This document shows positions 1 through 9,836 of a stretch of DNA of 64,000 bases, in pieces. The stretch lies in assembly GCA_947595925.1 (NCBI GenBank), contig CANQEV010000006.1, positions 12,220 to 76,219 of the forward strand. The letters are read 5' to 3'. Below the pieces are notes generated by a model. It did no database searches. It saw nothing but the letters and a program-made list of their open reading frames with translations, and had not been told where the DNA came from. The position numbers and the translations under genes are program-made. Every line of letters begins with the position of its first letter. Position 1 is the first letter of the stretch. Origin of the DNA: an uncultured Acetatifactor sp. (lineage in GTDB: Bacteria > Bacillota > Clostridia > Lachnospirales > Lachnospiraceae).

Positions 1-3000
1 GCGGCATAAAGAAGATCCCGGATTTTACGGTCCACCGGGCGGACACCGCGTTGCACAAGAGAGTTGAGCTTCACTGTCACACGAAGATGAGCGATATGGA
101 TGGCGTCTCGGAGACGAAAGACATTGTAAAAAGGGCCTATCAATGGGGGCATCGGGCCATCGCTATCACGGATCACGGCGTGGTGCAGGGCTTTACGGAC
201 GCCGGACATGTCTGGGACGATCTCTGGAAGGAGAAACAGAAGCAGTGCCAGGAAAAGGGGGAACCCAAGCCGGACAAGCAGGATTTTTTTAAGGTCCTGT
301 ACGGGATGGAGGCCTATCTTGTGGACGATCTGATGGAGATCGTCACAGGGGACCGGGGACAGGATCTGGAGCAGGATTATGTAGTTTTCGATATTGAGAC
401 CACCGGTTTTTCTCCGGTCAGCAACCGGATCATTGAGATCGGTGCGGTGAAGGTGACGGGAGGAGAGATCGTAGATCGTTTTTCCACCTTTGTCAATCCT
501 GAGACGCCGATCCCTTTTGAGATACAGAAACTCACCGGCATCCGGGACGAGATGGTGCTGGACGCGCCTCTGATCGAGGATGTGCTTCCGAAATTCCTGG
601 CGTTTTCCCAGGGTTCCGTGATGGTGGCCCACAATGCGAATTTTGACATGAACTTTATTATGGAAAATTGCCGCAGACTGGGCTGTCCCAGGGAGTTCAC
701 CTATGTGGACACCATGCTCACTGCGAGGGTGCTCCTGCCGGGACAGGCAAAGCACACTTTGGACGCGGTGTGCAAGACGCTGGGGATTTCTCTGGAAAAT
801 CATCACCGCGCCGTGGATGACGCGGAGGCCACGGCACACATGTTTGTAAAGTTTATAAAGATCCTTCGGGAGGAGAGGGAGGTGCATACGCTGACCCAGC
901 TCAACGCCCTTGGGGCGTCCACTCCGGGCCTGGTCCAGAAGGCCCCCTCCCATCATGCGATCATTCTGGCAAAGAACGACCTGGGGAGGACGAACCTGTA
1001 CCGGCTGGTATCAGAGTCCCATCTGACTTATTTCGGGCGGTTCCCCAGGGTGCCAAAGAGCCTGGTCATGAAATATCGGGAGGGTCTGATCCTGGGGAGC
1101 GCCTGTGAAGCGGGAGAGGTTTACCGGGCGCTGGTGGACGGGCAGTCGGACACCCAGATCGCAAGGCTGGTGAGTTTTTACGACTATCTGGAGATCCAGC
1201 CCTGCGGGAACAACCGTTTCATGATCGCCTCGGACAAGTTTCGGAATATCCAGTCCGAGGAGGATATCCGGAACGTCAACCGCCGGGTCGTCAAGCTGGG
1301 AGAACAGTTCCACAAGCCGGTTGTCGCCACCTGTGACGTGCACTTTTTGGACCCGGAGGATGAGATCTACCGGCGCATTGTTATGTCTGGAAGAGGCTTT
1401 GAGGACGCGGACCAGCAGGCACCGCTGTACCTGCATACGACGGAAGAGATGCTGGAGGAGTTTTCCTATCTTGGGAGTGACAAAGCCTTTGAAGTGGTTG
1501 TCACAAACACCAATATGATCGCGGACATGATCGAGACCATATCTCCGGTCCGCCCGGACAAATGCCCACCGGTGATCCCGGACAGCGACAAAACCCTGAC
1601 AAGGATCTGTTACGACAGGGCCCATGAGGTTTACGGCCCGGATCTGCCGGAAGTGGTGGAGGCCCGGCTGAAGCGGGAGCTAAATTCCATCATTTCCAAC
1701 GGTTTCGCTGTGATGTATATCATTGCTCAGAAGCTGGTTTGGAAATCCGTTGAGGACGGGTATCTCGTGGGGTCCAGGGGATCCGTGGGAAGCTCTTTTG
1801 TAGCCACCATGGCGGGGATCACGGAGGTGAATCCCTTAAGTCCCCATTATTACTGCAGCAAATGCCACTATGTGGACTTTGACTCGGAGGAGGTGAAAGC
1901 CTACGCCGGGAAAGCCGGGATCGACATGCCGGACAAGATCTGCCCTGTGTGCGGGGAACCCCTGCACAAGGACGGTTTCGACATTCCCTTTGAGACTTTC
2001 CTGGGCTTTAAGGGGGACAAGGAGCCGGATATCGACCTGAACTTTTCAGGGGAGTACCAGTCCAAGGCCCATAAATACACGGAGGTCATTTTCGGAGCCG
2101 GACAGACCTTCCGGGCGGGCACCATCGGCACTCTGGCGGACAAGACCGCCTACGGATATGTGCTGAGATATTTTGAGGATAAGGGGATCACGAAGCGCAG
2201 GAGCGAAGTGGAGCGCCTCGCCATAGGATGTACGGGCGTACGGCGCAGCACCGGCCAGCATCCCGGCGGCATCGTCGTTCTGCCCCTGGGTCAGGACATC
2301 AATTCCTTCACCCCGGTGCAGCACCCGGCCAACGATATGGAGACGGACACCATCACCACCCACTTTGACTATCACTCCATCGATCACAATCTCTTGAAGC
2401 TGGACATCCTGGGACACGATGATCCCACCATGATCCGCGTGCTGCAGGACATGACGGGGGTTGACCCGCTGACGATTCCGCTGGACGGAAAAGATGTCAT
2501 GTCCCTTTTCCAGAACACGGACGCTCTGGGGATCACGCCGGAGCAGATTGGCGGGACGAAGCTGGGGGCCCTTGGGCTTCCCGAGTTCGGCACGGACTTT
2601 GCCATGCAGATGGTTATCGACGCCCAGCCGAAGTCCTTCTCGGATCTGGTGCGCATCTCCGGCCTGTCACACGGCACCGACGTGTGGCTTGGAAACGCGA
2701 AGACTCTGATCCAGGAGGGGACGGCCACCCTGTCCACCTGCGTCTGCACCCGGGACGACATCATGACTTATCTGATCCAGATGGGGCTGGAGTCCGAGAC
2801 CGCTTTCAAGATCATGGAGGCGGTTCGAAAAGGCGTTGTGGCGAAGGGAAAGTGCGAGAAGTGGCCGGAGTGGAAGGAGGACATGAAGGCCCATAACGTG
2901 CCGGACTGGTATATCTGGTCCTGCGAGAAAATCAAGTACATGTTCCCCAAGGCCCACGCGGCCGCCTATGTCATGATGGCCTGGAGGATCGGCTACTGCA

Positions 3001-3482
3001 AGATCCATTATCCCCTGGCCTATTACGGGGCATTCTTCAGCATCCGGGCGAAGGCGTTTTCGTATGAGATCATGTGCCAGGGACAGGCGCACCTGGAGGA
3101 AGTTCTGAAGGATTATCGCAGCAGACCGGAGGACGGTCTTTCCAATAAAGAGAAGGATGCCATCGGCGACATGCGCATCGTGCAGGAGATGTACGCGAGG
3201 GGCTTTGAGTTTGCGCCCATTGATATCTTTAAGGCCCATTCCAGACTGTTCCAGATCGTGGACGGAAAGCTGATGCCATCCCTGGTCAGCATCGATGGAA
3301 TGGGGGATAAGGCCGCGGACGCCGTGATGGAGGCGGCCAAGGACGGACCGTTTTTGTCAAAGGATGATTTCCGTCAGAGGGCTAAGGTTTCCCAGACGAT
3401 CTGCGACCTGATGGATCGGCTGGGGCTTCTGGGGGATCTCCCGGAGAGCAACCAGATCAGCCTGTTCGATTTTATGCAATAA
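1..3482 (+). CDS. polC: DNA polymerase III PolC-type (Gram-positive replicative polymerase), 5' end outside window
   Basis: Frame is open from nt 3, so the listed TTG at 51 is not the true start. PHP-domain motif HCHTKMSDMDG, DEDDh exonuclease motifs VVFDIETTGFS and HNANFDMNF, and the polymerase core run to a C-terminal ISLFDF. Confidence 0.95.
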   Translation, partial: GIKKIPDFTVHRADTALHKRVELHCHTKMSDMDGVSETKDIVKRAYQWGHRAIAITDHGVVQGFTDAGHVWDDLWKEKQKQCQEKGEPKPDKQDFFKVLYGMEAYLVDDLMEIVTGDRGQDLEQDYVVFDIETTGFSPVSNRIIEIGAVKVTGGEIVDRFSTFVNPETPIPFEIQKLTGIRDEMVLDAPLIEDVLPKFLAFSQGSVMVAHNANFDMNFIMENCRRLGCPREFTYVDTMLTARVLLPGQAKHTLDAVCKTLGISLENHHRAVDDAEATAHMFVKFIKILREEREVHTLTQLNALGASTPGLVQKAPSHHAIILAKNDLGRTNLYRLVSESHLTYFGRFPRVPKSLVMKYREGLILGSACEAGEVYRALVDGQSDTQIARLVSFYDYLEIQPCGNNRFMIASDKFRNIQSEEDIRNVNRRVVKLGEQFHKPVVATCDVHFLDPEDEIYRRIVMSGRGFEDADQQAPLYLHTTEEMLEEFSYLGSDKAFEVVVTNTNMIADMIETISPVRPDKCPPVIPDSDKTLTRICYDRAHEVYGPDLPEVVEARLKRELNSIISNGFAVMYIIAQKLVWKSVEDGYLVGSRGSVGSSFVATMAGITEVNPLSPHYYCSKCHYVDFDSEEVKAYAGKAGIDMPDKICPVCGEPLHKDGFDIPFETFLGFKGDKEPDIDLNFSGEYQSKAHKYTEVIFGAGQTFRAGTIGTLADKTAYGYVLRYFEDKGITKRRSEVERLAIGCTGVRRSTGQHPGGIVVLPLGQDINSFTPVQHPANDMETDTITTHFDYHSIDHNLLKLDILGHDDPTMIRVLQDMTGVDPLTIPLDGKDVMSLFQNTDALGITPEQIGGTKLGALGLPEFGTDFAMQMVIDAQPKSFSDLVRISGLSHGTDVWLGNAKTLIQEGTATLSTCVCTRDDIMTYLIQMGLESETAFKIMEAVRKGVVAKGKCEKWPEWKEDMKAHNVPDWYIWSCEKIKYMFPKAHAAAYVMMAWRIGYCKIHYPLAYYGAFFSIRAKAFSYEIMCQGQAHLEEVLKDYRSRPEDGLSNKEKDAIGDMRIVQEMYARGFEFAPIDIFKAHSRLFQIVDGKLMPSLVSIDGMGDKAADAVMEAAKDGPFLSKDDFRQRAKVSQTICDLMDRLGLLGDLPESNQISLFDFMQ

Positions 3483-3506
3483 GGGAAGGAAATATGCCAA
3501 AGAGTA

Positions 3507-3555
3507 CGCCGGTATTTGTTGTGGGGAAGCACACGGCAAACCGGCGTCTGTTTCT
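3507..3555 (+). terminator. Possible intrinsic terminator after polC
   Basis: CGCCGGT (3507-3513) pairs with ACCGGCG (3540-3546). The loop is large and is followed by TCTGTTTCT. Confidence 0.35.
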
Positions 3556-3568
3556 AAGAAAAAAGTGG

Positions 3569-3597
3569 TTGAAATATCATAACAAAAGTTGTATAAT
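3569..3597 (+). promoter_or_regulatory. Sigma-70/SigA-type promoter
   Basis: TTGAAA (3569-3574), 17-nt spacer, TATAAT (3592-3597). It lies about 235 nt upstream of the MFS transporter start. Confidence 0.55.
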
Positions 3598-3833
3598 GAC
3601 ACACGTATTTAGGGCGGAAAAAAGTATGCCCTGCAGGATCAAAGCAGCGATCCGGTCAGTGCCATCAAAAGTCGTTCCGGCGCGTCCAGGTTGCTTCTCA
3701 CGATTTTCTTTGCTCCTAAGACGGCTTTGTTTCTTCATGACTGCCGCCATCAGCGAAAGAGCTCGCGGGGGCTTTTTCCGGTGAAACCGGCGGGCTGCGG
3801 ATCAAAATCGTATTTTGAAAGAGGAAGAGTGTT

Positions 3834-5189
3834 ATGGAGACGAAAGAGACAAAAACCGGGGGCTGGCGCTCCAACAAATGGGTGAGGGCGGCGATCCCGG
3901 CCCTGCTGTTACATTGTAGTATCGGAACGGTTTACTGCTGGAGCATCTTCAGCCAGGAGATCGCGGATTACATTGGGTTTTCCAAGGCGGCGACGGAGTG
4001 GGCCTTCAGCTTTGCCATCTTCTTTTTGGGAATGTCGGCGGCGTTTTTGGGCAACGTGGTGGAGAAGGATATTCACAAGTCTTCCCTGATCGCGGCCATC
4101 TGCTTTGCCCTTGGCATGGCGGGAACCGGTTTCTTCATCTATTACGGCGGCCTGCATCAGCACAGCGCCGTGGCATTGGTCGGCATTTATCTCTGTTACG
4201 GCCTGATCATGGGCATCGGCCTGGGGACCGGTTATCTCTCCCCTGTAAAGACGCTGATGCTCTGGTTCTCCGACAGAAAGGGCCTGGCAACCGGTCTTGC
4301 GGTAGCAGGCTTCGGCGCGGCAAAGGCGATCGCGAGCCCCATCATGCAGGCCATGCTCACCGGCCTTGGAGACGGCGGGATCTATAAGATGTTTATCATC
4401 CTTTCCATAGTCTATTTCATTATGATGTTTGTGGGGCACCTGCTTCTGAAGAAGCCGGACGGCTGGCACGAGCCTCAGACCAAGGAACAGAGCCAGAGCA
4501 TGTTCACCGTGATCAAGTCCAAACCCATTATGAACTACATCGGCATCTGGCTGATGTTCTACATCAATATCACCTGCGGCCTGGCGCTGATCTCCCAGGA
4601 AAAGATGATCGTGAAGTGCCTTGGCCTTGCAAGCTATGTGGGCATCATCTCCACGATCTCCGCAGTGTTTAACCCGGGCGGCCGTCTGGGATTTTCCGCC
4701 TGGGCGGACACCATGAAGGACAGAAACACGATCTACAAGCTGATCTTCATCCTTTCCATCGTGTTCACCGGGCTTGTGATGGTGACCGGCGGCATTAAGA
4801 ACGGCGAGGGGAACCTGCTCTTAACGATTCTCGTTCTGGCGCTGATCTTCGTTGTGAACGCCGGTTACGGCGGCGGTTTCTCCAATGTGCCGACGCTGCT
4901 TTCCGATCACTACGGCATGGGAAATATCAGCGCGATCCATGGGCTGACCCTTTCCGCATGGGCGATCGCAGGACTGACCGGTAACCAGATGGCTGCCTGG
5001 ATCGTGAACCATTTCGGCCAGACTGTTACGATCCATGACGTGGAAGTGAACCCTACCGGCTATCAGTGCGTACTCTATGCGACCCTGGTTCTGTATATCC
5101 TGGCCCTAGCGATCTGCCTGGTGTTCGTAAGGCCCACCGAGAAGGCGCTGGAGGCAAAGAAGGCAAAAGAGGCGGCAAAAAATAACTGA
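3834..5189 (+). CDS. MFS transporter, oxalate/formate antiporter (OFA, YhjX-like) family
   Basis: About 12 hydrophobic segments. GTVYCWSIF and LWFSDRKGL resemble the E. coli YhjX motifs GSVYTWSLF and KWFPERKGL. Confidence 0.85.
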   Translation: METKETKTGGWRSNKWVRAAIPALLLHCSIGTVYCWSIFSQEIADYIGFSKAATEWAFSFAIFFLGMSAAFLGNVVEKDIHKSSLIAAICFALGMAGTGFFIYYGGLHQHSAVALVGIYLCYGLIMGIGLGTGYLSPVKTLMLWFSDRKGLATGLAVAGFGAAKAIASPIMQAMLTGLGDGGIYKMFIILSIVYFIMMFVGHLLLKKPDGWHEPQTKEQSQSMFTVIKSKPIMNYIGIWLMFYINITCGLALISQEKMIVKCLGLASYVGIISTISAVFNPGGRLGFSAWADTMKDRNTIYKLIFILSIVFTGLVMVTGGIKNGEGNLLLTILVLALIFVVNAGYGGGFSNVPTLLSDHYGMGNISAIHGLTLSAWAIAGLTGNQMAAWIVNHFGQTVTIHDVEVNPTGYQCVLYATLVLYILALAICLVFVRPTEKALEAKKAKEAAKNN

Positions 5190-5518
5190 GGATAAAAAGC
5201 CGGTTTTAGGCAGATCCTGAGCGGCGGAGGCTGCGGCTCTGCGTGTTCCGGCAGGGACGGCGCGGAGGCTATGGAACAGGGCGAAGCCATAAGAAAGAAC
5301 AGAATCCATGGGACAGAGCGGAAAATGCGAAATTCATAAACGGCGTGAAATCCCTGGCGCGGCTGGATCTGTGAAAAGAACAGTTGTCTGACAGCAAATG
5401 CCGGAGAGCTTATCATAAAAAAGTGCAGGAGGCAGTCTGGTTTGACGGGCAGCCTCCTGATTTGTAATACGGGCGGAAATCATGCTGCGTCCGAAAGCGT
5501 GAGAGAAAGGGGAGGAAG

Positions 5519-6382
5519 ATGACGATCGACGGTTATACAAGGACCTGCGGGCTGATCGGCAATCCGGTGGAACACACGGTATCACCGGCCATACACAATT
5601 TCCTGGCGGAAAAGACGGGGCGGGATCTGGCCTACGTCCCCTTCCATGTGGAAACGGGACGGCTGGAGGATGCGGTGAAGGGCGCTTTTGCCTTAAATCT
5701 TCTGGGAGTGAATGTGACGGTCCCCTATAAGAGCGATGTGATCCCTTACCTTGCGGAGGTGGACGATCTTGCGGCCCGGATCGGCGCCGTGAACACGCTG
5801 GTGCGCCTTCCGGACGGGTTCAAGGGCTACAACACGGATATGCCGGGACTCTACCGCGCCATGCAGTCGGACGGCGTCCGGGTGGAGGGAGAGAAGGCGC
5901 TGATCCTCGGCGCAGGAGGCGCCGCCAGAGCGGTGGCGGTAATGCTGGCGGACAAGGGGGCCGGGGAGATCCGGATCCTGAACCGCACCCTCTCCAAGGC
6001 GGAGCAGATCGCGGAGGAAGTAAACGCAATGACCGGGAAAAAGCTGGCGGCGGGTTTTCCGCTGGAGGCGTACAGGGATTTCCCGAAGGAGGACAGGTAT
6101 CTGTGCATACAGACCACCAATGTGGGGATGTTTCCGAAGGTGGAGGATGCTCTGCTGGAGGACCCGGCGTTTTACGCCATGCTTCACACGGGGTATGATC
6201 TGATCTTCAATCCTCTGGACACGAGGTTTATGCAGCTCACCCGCAGGGCGGGGGGAAGGGCCTTTAACGGCCTGAAGATGCTGCTCTATCAGGGCGTTAT
6301 CGCCTATGAGCTGTGGACGGGCTGCGAGATCCCGGAGACGCTGGCCCAGGAGACATACCAAAATATGAGGGCCTGTTTCTGA
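5519..6382 (+). CDS. aroE: Shikimate dehydrogenase
   Basis: Motifs SPAIHN, NVTVPYK, YNTD and the GAGGAARAV dinucleotide fold. RBS GGGGAGG lies upstream. Confidence 0.92.
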   Translation: MTIDGYTRTCGLIGNPVEHTVSPAIHNFLAEKTGRDLAYVPFHVETGRLEDAVKGAFALNLLGVNVTVPYKSDVIPYLAEVDDLAARIGAVNTLVRLPDGFKGYNTDMPGLYRAMQSDGVRVEGEKALILGAGGAARAVAVMLADKGAGEIRILNRTLSKAEQIAEEVNAMTGKKLAAGFPLEAYRDFPKEDRYLCIQTTNVGMFPKVEDALLEDPAFYAMLHTGYDLIFNPLDTRFMQLTRRAGGRAFNGLKMLLYQGVIAYELWTGCEIPETLAQETYQNMRACF

Positions 6383-6625
6383 GCGAAGGGCTGCTGCAAA
6401 GGACTTGCTGCAAAGGGCAGGGCGGGTTTTTCGGATCCCTTGGGAGGGAATCGTTAAATTGGTGTGACGCAGAGACAGAAATGCCAGGAAGACAGCATTT
6501 TTAGCGAGGCTTTTCTCCTGGATCTTTAGTTGGAAAACAGGCGGGAATGGTCAGGGTGAGGCGTCAAAAAGAGACGAATTCTTTCCCTTTGCAATCGTGA
6601 AAAACATAGATCGGGGAGAACGGGA

Positions 6626-7150
6626 ATGGAGAAAATCAAAAAGAGCATCGTCCTTATCGGGTTTATGGGGAGCGGTAAGACCACTGTGGGCCTTAAGCTT
6701 TCCTGGAAGTTAAGGCTCCCTGTGGAAGATACGGATAAACTCATTGAAAAGAGAGAGGGCTGTACCATTTCTCAAATCTTCGAGAGGGAAGGGGAAGAAG
6801 CCTTCCGGAAAAAGGAGACAGAACTCTTAAAACAGATCGCCGGGAGCCGGTATCTTCGAATCCTGTCCGTGGGGGGCGGAACGCCCGTGCGGGAGGAAAA
6901 TCGTCCGCTTATGAGACAGTGCGGCACGGTAGTGTACCTGAGGGTCAGACCGGAGACGGTCTATGAGAGGCTGAAGGAAGATTCTTCCAGGCCGCTTCTG
7001 CAGTGTGAAGATCCCCTGGAGAGGATCCAGAGTCTTCTGGCGGACAGAAGGGAAGCCTATGAGAGCAGCGCGGATATCATTTTGGATGTGGACGATCTCG
7101 ACTCAGAGGAATGTGCGGAGATGATCCTGCGCAGGGCGCGGCAGATCTGA
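6626..7150 (+). CDS. aroK: Shikimate kinase
   Basis: Walker A GFMGSGKTTVG, about 170 aa, sits between aroE and aroQ. Confidence 0.9.
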   Translation: MEKIKKSIVLIGFMGSGKTTVGLKLSWKLRLPVEDTDKLIEKREGCTISQIFEREGEEAFRKKETELLKQIAGSRYLRILSVGGGTPVREENRPLMRQCGTVVYLRVRPETVYERLKEDSSRPLLQCEDPLERIQSLLADRREAYESSADIILDVDDLDSEECAEMILRRARQI

Positions 7151-7353
7151 GTGATTTTGACAGATCTCAACAGATTCTAACATATTTCATAAGGTTGTGT
7201 AAGATTTCCCCGAAAGCTGTAATACCCCTTTCGGAGATGAATGGCCAGTGCCGAGTGAATTTGAAAAAGACGGGATAATGTTCAAACAAGGAAGAACATT
7301 CAAACATGGACCTGCTTAATGACAGAATCAGTTAATTTTAGGAGGATGCTTTT

Positions 7354-7791
7354 ATGAAAATTTTGGTGATCAACGGTCCCAATCTGAACTTTCTGGGGAT
7401 TCGGGAGAAAGAGGTGTACGGAACCCAGGACTATCAATATCTTTTGAACCTGATCGCGCAGAAAGGGCAGGAGTGCGGCTGCGAGATCGAAGTCTTCCAG
7501 AGCAATCACGAGGGGGCGATCATCGACAGGATACAGGACGCGTATTTTGACGGCACGGACGGCATCGTGATCAATCCCGGGGCGTACACCCATTACTCCT
7601 ACGCGATCCACGACGCCCTGGCCAGCGTGACAACGATCCCGAAGATAGAGATCCACATCTCGGACATTACCGCCCGGGAGGAGTTCCGAAAGGTGTCCGT
7701 CACGGCACCCGCCTGTGATAAGCAGATATACGGCCAGGGCCTGAATGGATATCTGCTCGCCATCGACGAGATCCTTGCCCGGAAGGCATGA
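7354..7791 (+). CDS. aroQ: 3-dehydroquinate dehydratase, type II
   Basis: INGPNLNFLGIREKEVYG, QSNHEG and NPGAYTHYSYA motifs. RBS AGGAGG lies upstream. Confidence 0.93.
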   Translation: MKILVINGPNLNFLGIREKEVYGTQDYQYLLNLIAQKGQECGCEIEVFQSNHEGAIIDRIQDAYFDGTDGIVINPGAYTHYSYAIHDALASVTTIPKIEIHISDITAREEFRKVSVTAPACDKQIYGQGLNGYLLAIDEILARKA

Positions 7792-7896
7792 TTTCTAAAA
7801 AAAAGTTTAAATTTGAGAAAAAGTGTTGAAAAGTTGTCTTTTTTATATTAAACTAGACAGGAATTATAATCGTGACAACTTCAGGAGGTTTATTTT

Positions 7897-8454
7897 ATGA
7901 TTTCTGCGAGTGATTTCAGAAATGGTATTACTATTGAGCTGGAAAACAGCGTATTCCAGATCGTTGAATTTCAGCATGTAAAACCCGGCAAGGGTGCGGC
8001 GTTCGTGCGCACGAAGCTGAAGAACGTAAAGAGCGGCGGCGTGATCGAGAGAACCTTCCGCCCTACCGAGAAATGTCCTCAGGCACGTATTGACAGAAAG
8101 GATATGCAGTATTCTTATACGGATGGTGATCTGTATTACTTTATGGATACGGAAACTTTCGATACCATAGCCCTCAGCAAGGATACCGTCGGCGACGCTT
8201 TGAAGTTTGTAGTGGAGAATGAAGTCTGCAAGATCTGTTCCCATAACGGAAGCGTTTTTTCCGTAGAGCCTCCTCTTTTTGTGGAACTGGTGGTTACCGA
8301 GACCGAACCCGGTTTCAAGGGTGATACCGCTACCGGCGCTAACAAACCCGCTATCGTGGAGACCGGAGCGCAGGTTGCAGTGCCTCTGTTTGTGGAGCAG
8401 GGAGATAAGATCAAGATCGACACGAGAACCGGCGAGTATCTGTCCCGCGTATAA
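7897..8454 (+). CDS. efp: Translation elongation factor P
   Basis: The N-terminus [10 protein letters not shown]...[21 protein letters not shown] is canonical EF-P. Length is 185 aa. Confidence 0.95.
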   Translation: MISASDFRNGITIELENSVFQIVEFQHVKPGKGAAFVRTKLKNVKSGGVIERTFRPTEKCPQARIDRKDMQYSYTDGDLYYFMDTETFDTIALSKDTVGDALKFVVENEVCKICSHNGSVFSVEPPLFVELVVTETEPGFKGDTATGANKPAIVETGAQVAVPLFVEQGDKIKIDTRTGEYLSRV

Positions 8455-8463
8455 GAATGCGGG

Positions 8464-8490
8464 TTCCGGGGGACCGGAAGATATCTTTTT
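8464..8490 (+). terminator. Intrinsic terminator after efp
   Basis: TTCCGG (8464-8469), loop GGGA, CCGGAA (8474-8479), then GATATCTTTTT. Confidence 0.5.
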
Positions 8491-8641
8491 CTGACTTGTA
8501 AGACAATATTTTCTGCAACGGGCTTTTGATTTTTGAGGGCTCCGCGGCGGGTGATATTGTCTTTTTGTTTTATGAGAAGGGGCCGTGGGCGCGGCCAAAT
8601 GGCAGAAAAAGGAAATCGGATTGAAAAAAGAAGAATTTTGT

Positions 8642-9532
8642 ATGGAAGTGGAACAGAAGATAGCAGAAAAACTGGGGGACAATTTTGAAATTAAACTGCA
8701 GGAGGTGCGGAAGAACAACAATGTGCGATGGCAGGGCCTGATCATCAAGGAAAAAGGAAAGAGCATGGCCCCGACGGTTTATCTGGACGACCTCTATCAG
8801 GAGTACGAGCAGGGAAAGGTGGAGATGGAGGATGTCCTGGAAGGCATTCTGGAACTTCTCCGGGAAAAAATGCCAAGGGAAGATGTGGACATGAATTTTT
8901 TCCTCGATTACGAAAAGGTGAAGGACAGGATTTGCTATCGCCTGATCAATGAGGAGAAGAACCAGGAACTTCTCGCTGATACACCGTATATACCTTTTCT
9001 GGATCTTGCGGTCTGTTTTCTGTACTCTTTTGAAAACAGCGAGATGGGAAACGGCAGCATCCTGATCCGAAATCAGTATCTGGAGACCTGGGGCGTATCC
9101 GTCAAGGAATTGTGGGACACTGCGGATCGCAACACAAGGCGTCTGTTTCTTCCGGAATGTACCTCCATGGAAAATGTCCTGAAAGAAATCGGTGAGAAGG
9201 AAAGGACGGAATTTCATCCGGAGCTGCCGGAGCCGGACGGAAAGTTCCTTTCCATGAGCGTGCTCAGCAACCGGCAGAGAATCTTCGGTTCCGCGGTTCT
9301 TTTGTACGACGGCTATCTGGAGAGAATTGGAGAGAAAATTGGAAAAAATTATTTTATCCTGCCCAGTTCGATTCACGAGGTGATCATTCTCCCGGAGAAC
9401 GGCGGGGAAGATTATGAGGGGATGCGTGAGATGATTCGCGAGATCAATGAGACGCAGGTGGAGGATCAGGAAATTTTGTCGGACAACCTGTATTATTTTG
9501 ACAGGCAGAAGAACAAAATGAGGATTGTCTGA
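8642..9532 (+). CDS. Hypothetical protein (possibly DUF5688-like; contains ILPSSIHEVI)
   Basis: Long ORF. ATG at 8642 (MEVEQK) is preferred over the upstream GTG. I recognise no catalytic motif, and the DUF assignment is from memory only. Confidence 0.65.
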   Translation: MEVEQKIAEKLGDNFEIKLQEVRKNNNVRWQGLIIKEKGKSMAPTVYLDDLYQEYEQGKVEMEDVLEGILELLREKMPREDVDMNFFLDYEKVKDRICYRLINEEKNQELLADTPYIPFLDLAVCFLYSFENSEMGNGSILIRNQYLETWGVSVKELWDTADRNTRRLFLPECTSMENVLKEIGEKERTEFHPELPEPDGKFLSMSVLSNRQRIFGSAVLLYDGYLERIGEKIGKNYFILPSSIHEVIILPENGGEDYEGMREMIREINETQVEDQEILSDNLYYFDRQKNKMRIV

Positions 9533-9629
9533 ATTTACTAAATATTGATTTTCTTAAAAAAAGAGTAGACATCCGTCTGTTTTTGTGTTAGTATAATCAA
9601 GGTGATGTAACAATTTTGTAACAGATTAG

Positions 9630-9701
9630 GCGACCGTAGTCTAATGGATAAAACGATGGCCTCCGACGCCGTTGTTGCAGGTTCGAGTCCTGTCGGTCGC
9701 A
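9630..9701 (+). tRNA. tRNA-Arg (anticodon CCG)
   Basis: Acceptor stem GCGACCG/CGGTCGC, anticodon stem ATGGC/GCCGT with loop CT-CCG-AC, and T arm GCAGG-TTCGAGT-CCTGT. Total 72 nt with discriminator A; CCA is not encoded. Confidence 0.85.
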
Positions 9702-9744
9702 TTTTACATCACCTTGTTTATCCTACGCTGATACTATTATAACG

Positions 9745-9775
9745 AAATCGAGCGGTCTTTCTGCTCGATTTTTTG
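9745..9775 (+). terminator. Intrinsic terminator after tRNA-Arg
   Basis: AAATCGAGC (9745-9753) pairs with GCTCGATTT (9763-9771) and runs into a T-tract. Confidence 0.75.
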
Positions 9776-9836
9776 AAACATGAAGGTTGTCTGACAGTAG
9801 TGCGGACAGACAGTTATGATTGAGTGGCGAGAGGTC

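Noticed and set aside
3494-3885. 96-aa and 64-aa + strand ORFs in the polC-MFS spacer
   Set aside because: They have no RBS and basic low-complexity translations. They span the predicted promoter and leader, which are interpreted as non-coding.
5190-5518. T-box or other known leader upstream of aroE; the same was considered for aroC and gdhA
   Set aside because: No T-box core (GGTGGTACCGCG-like) or specifier-loop architecture is visible. The only clear structure is an 8-bp hairpin CAGGAGGC/GCCTCCTG (about 5425-5458) that overlaps a TTGACG-17-TAATAC promoter and probably terminates the MFS gene.
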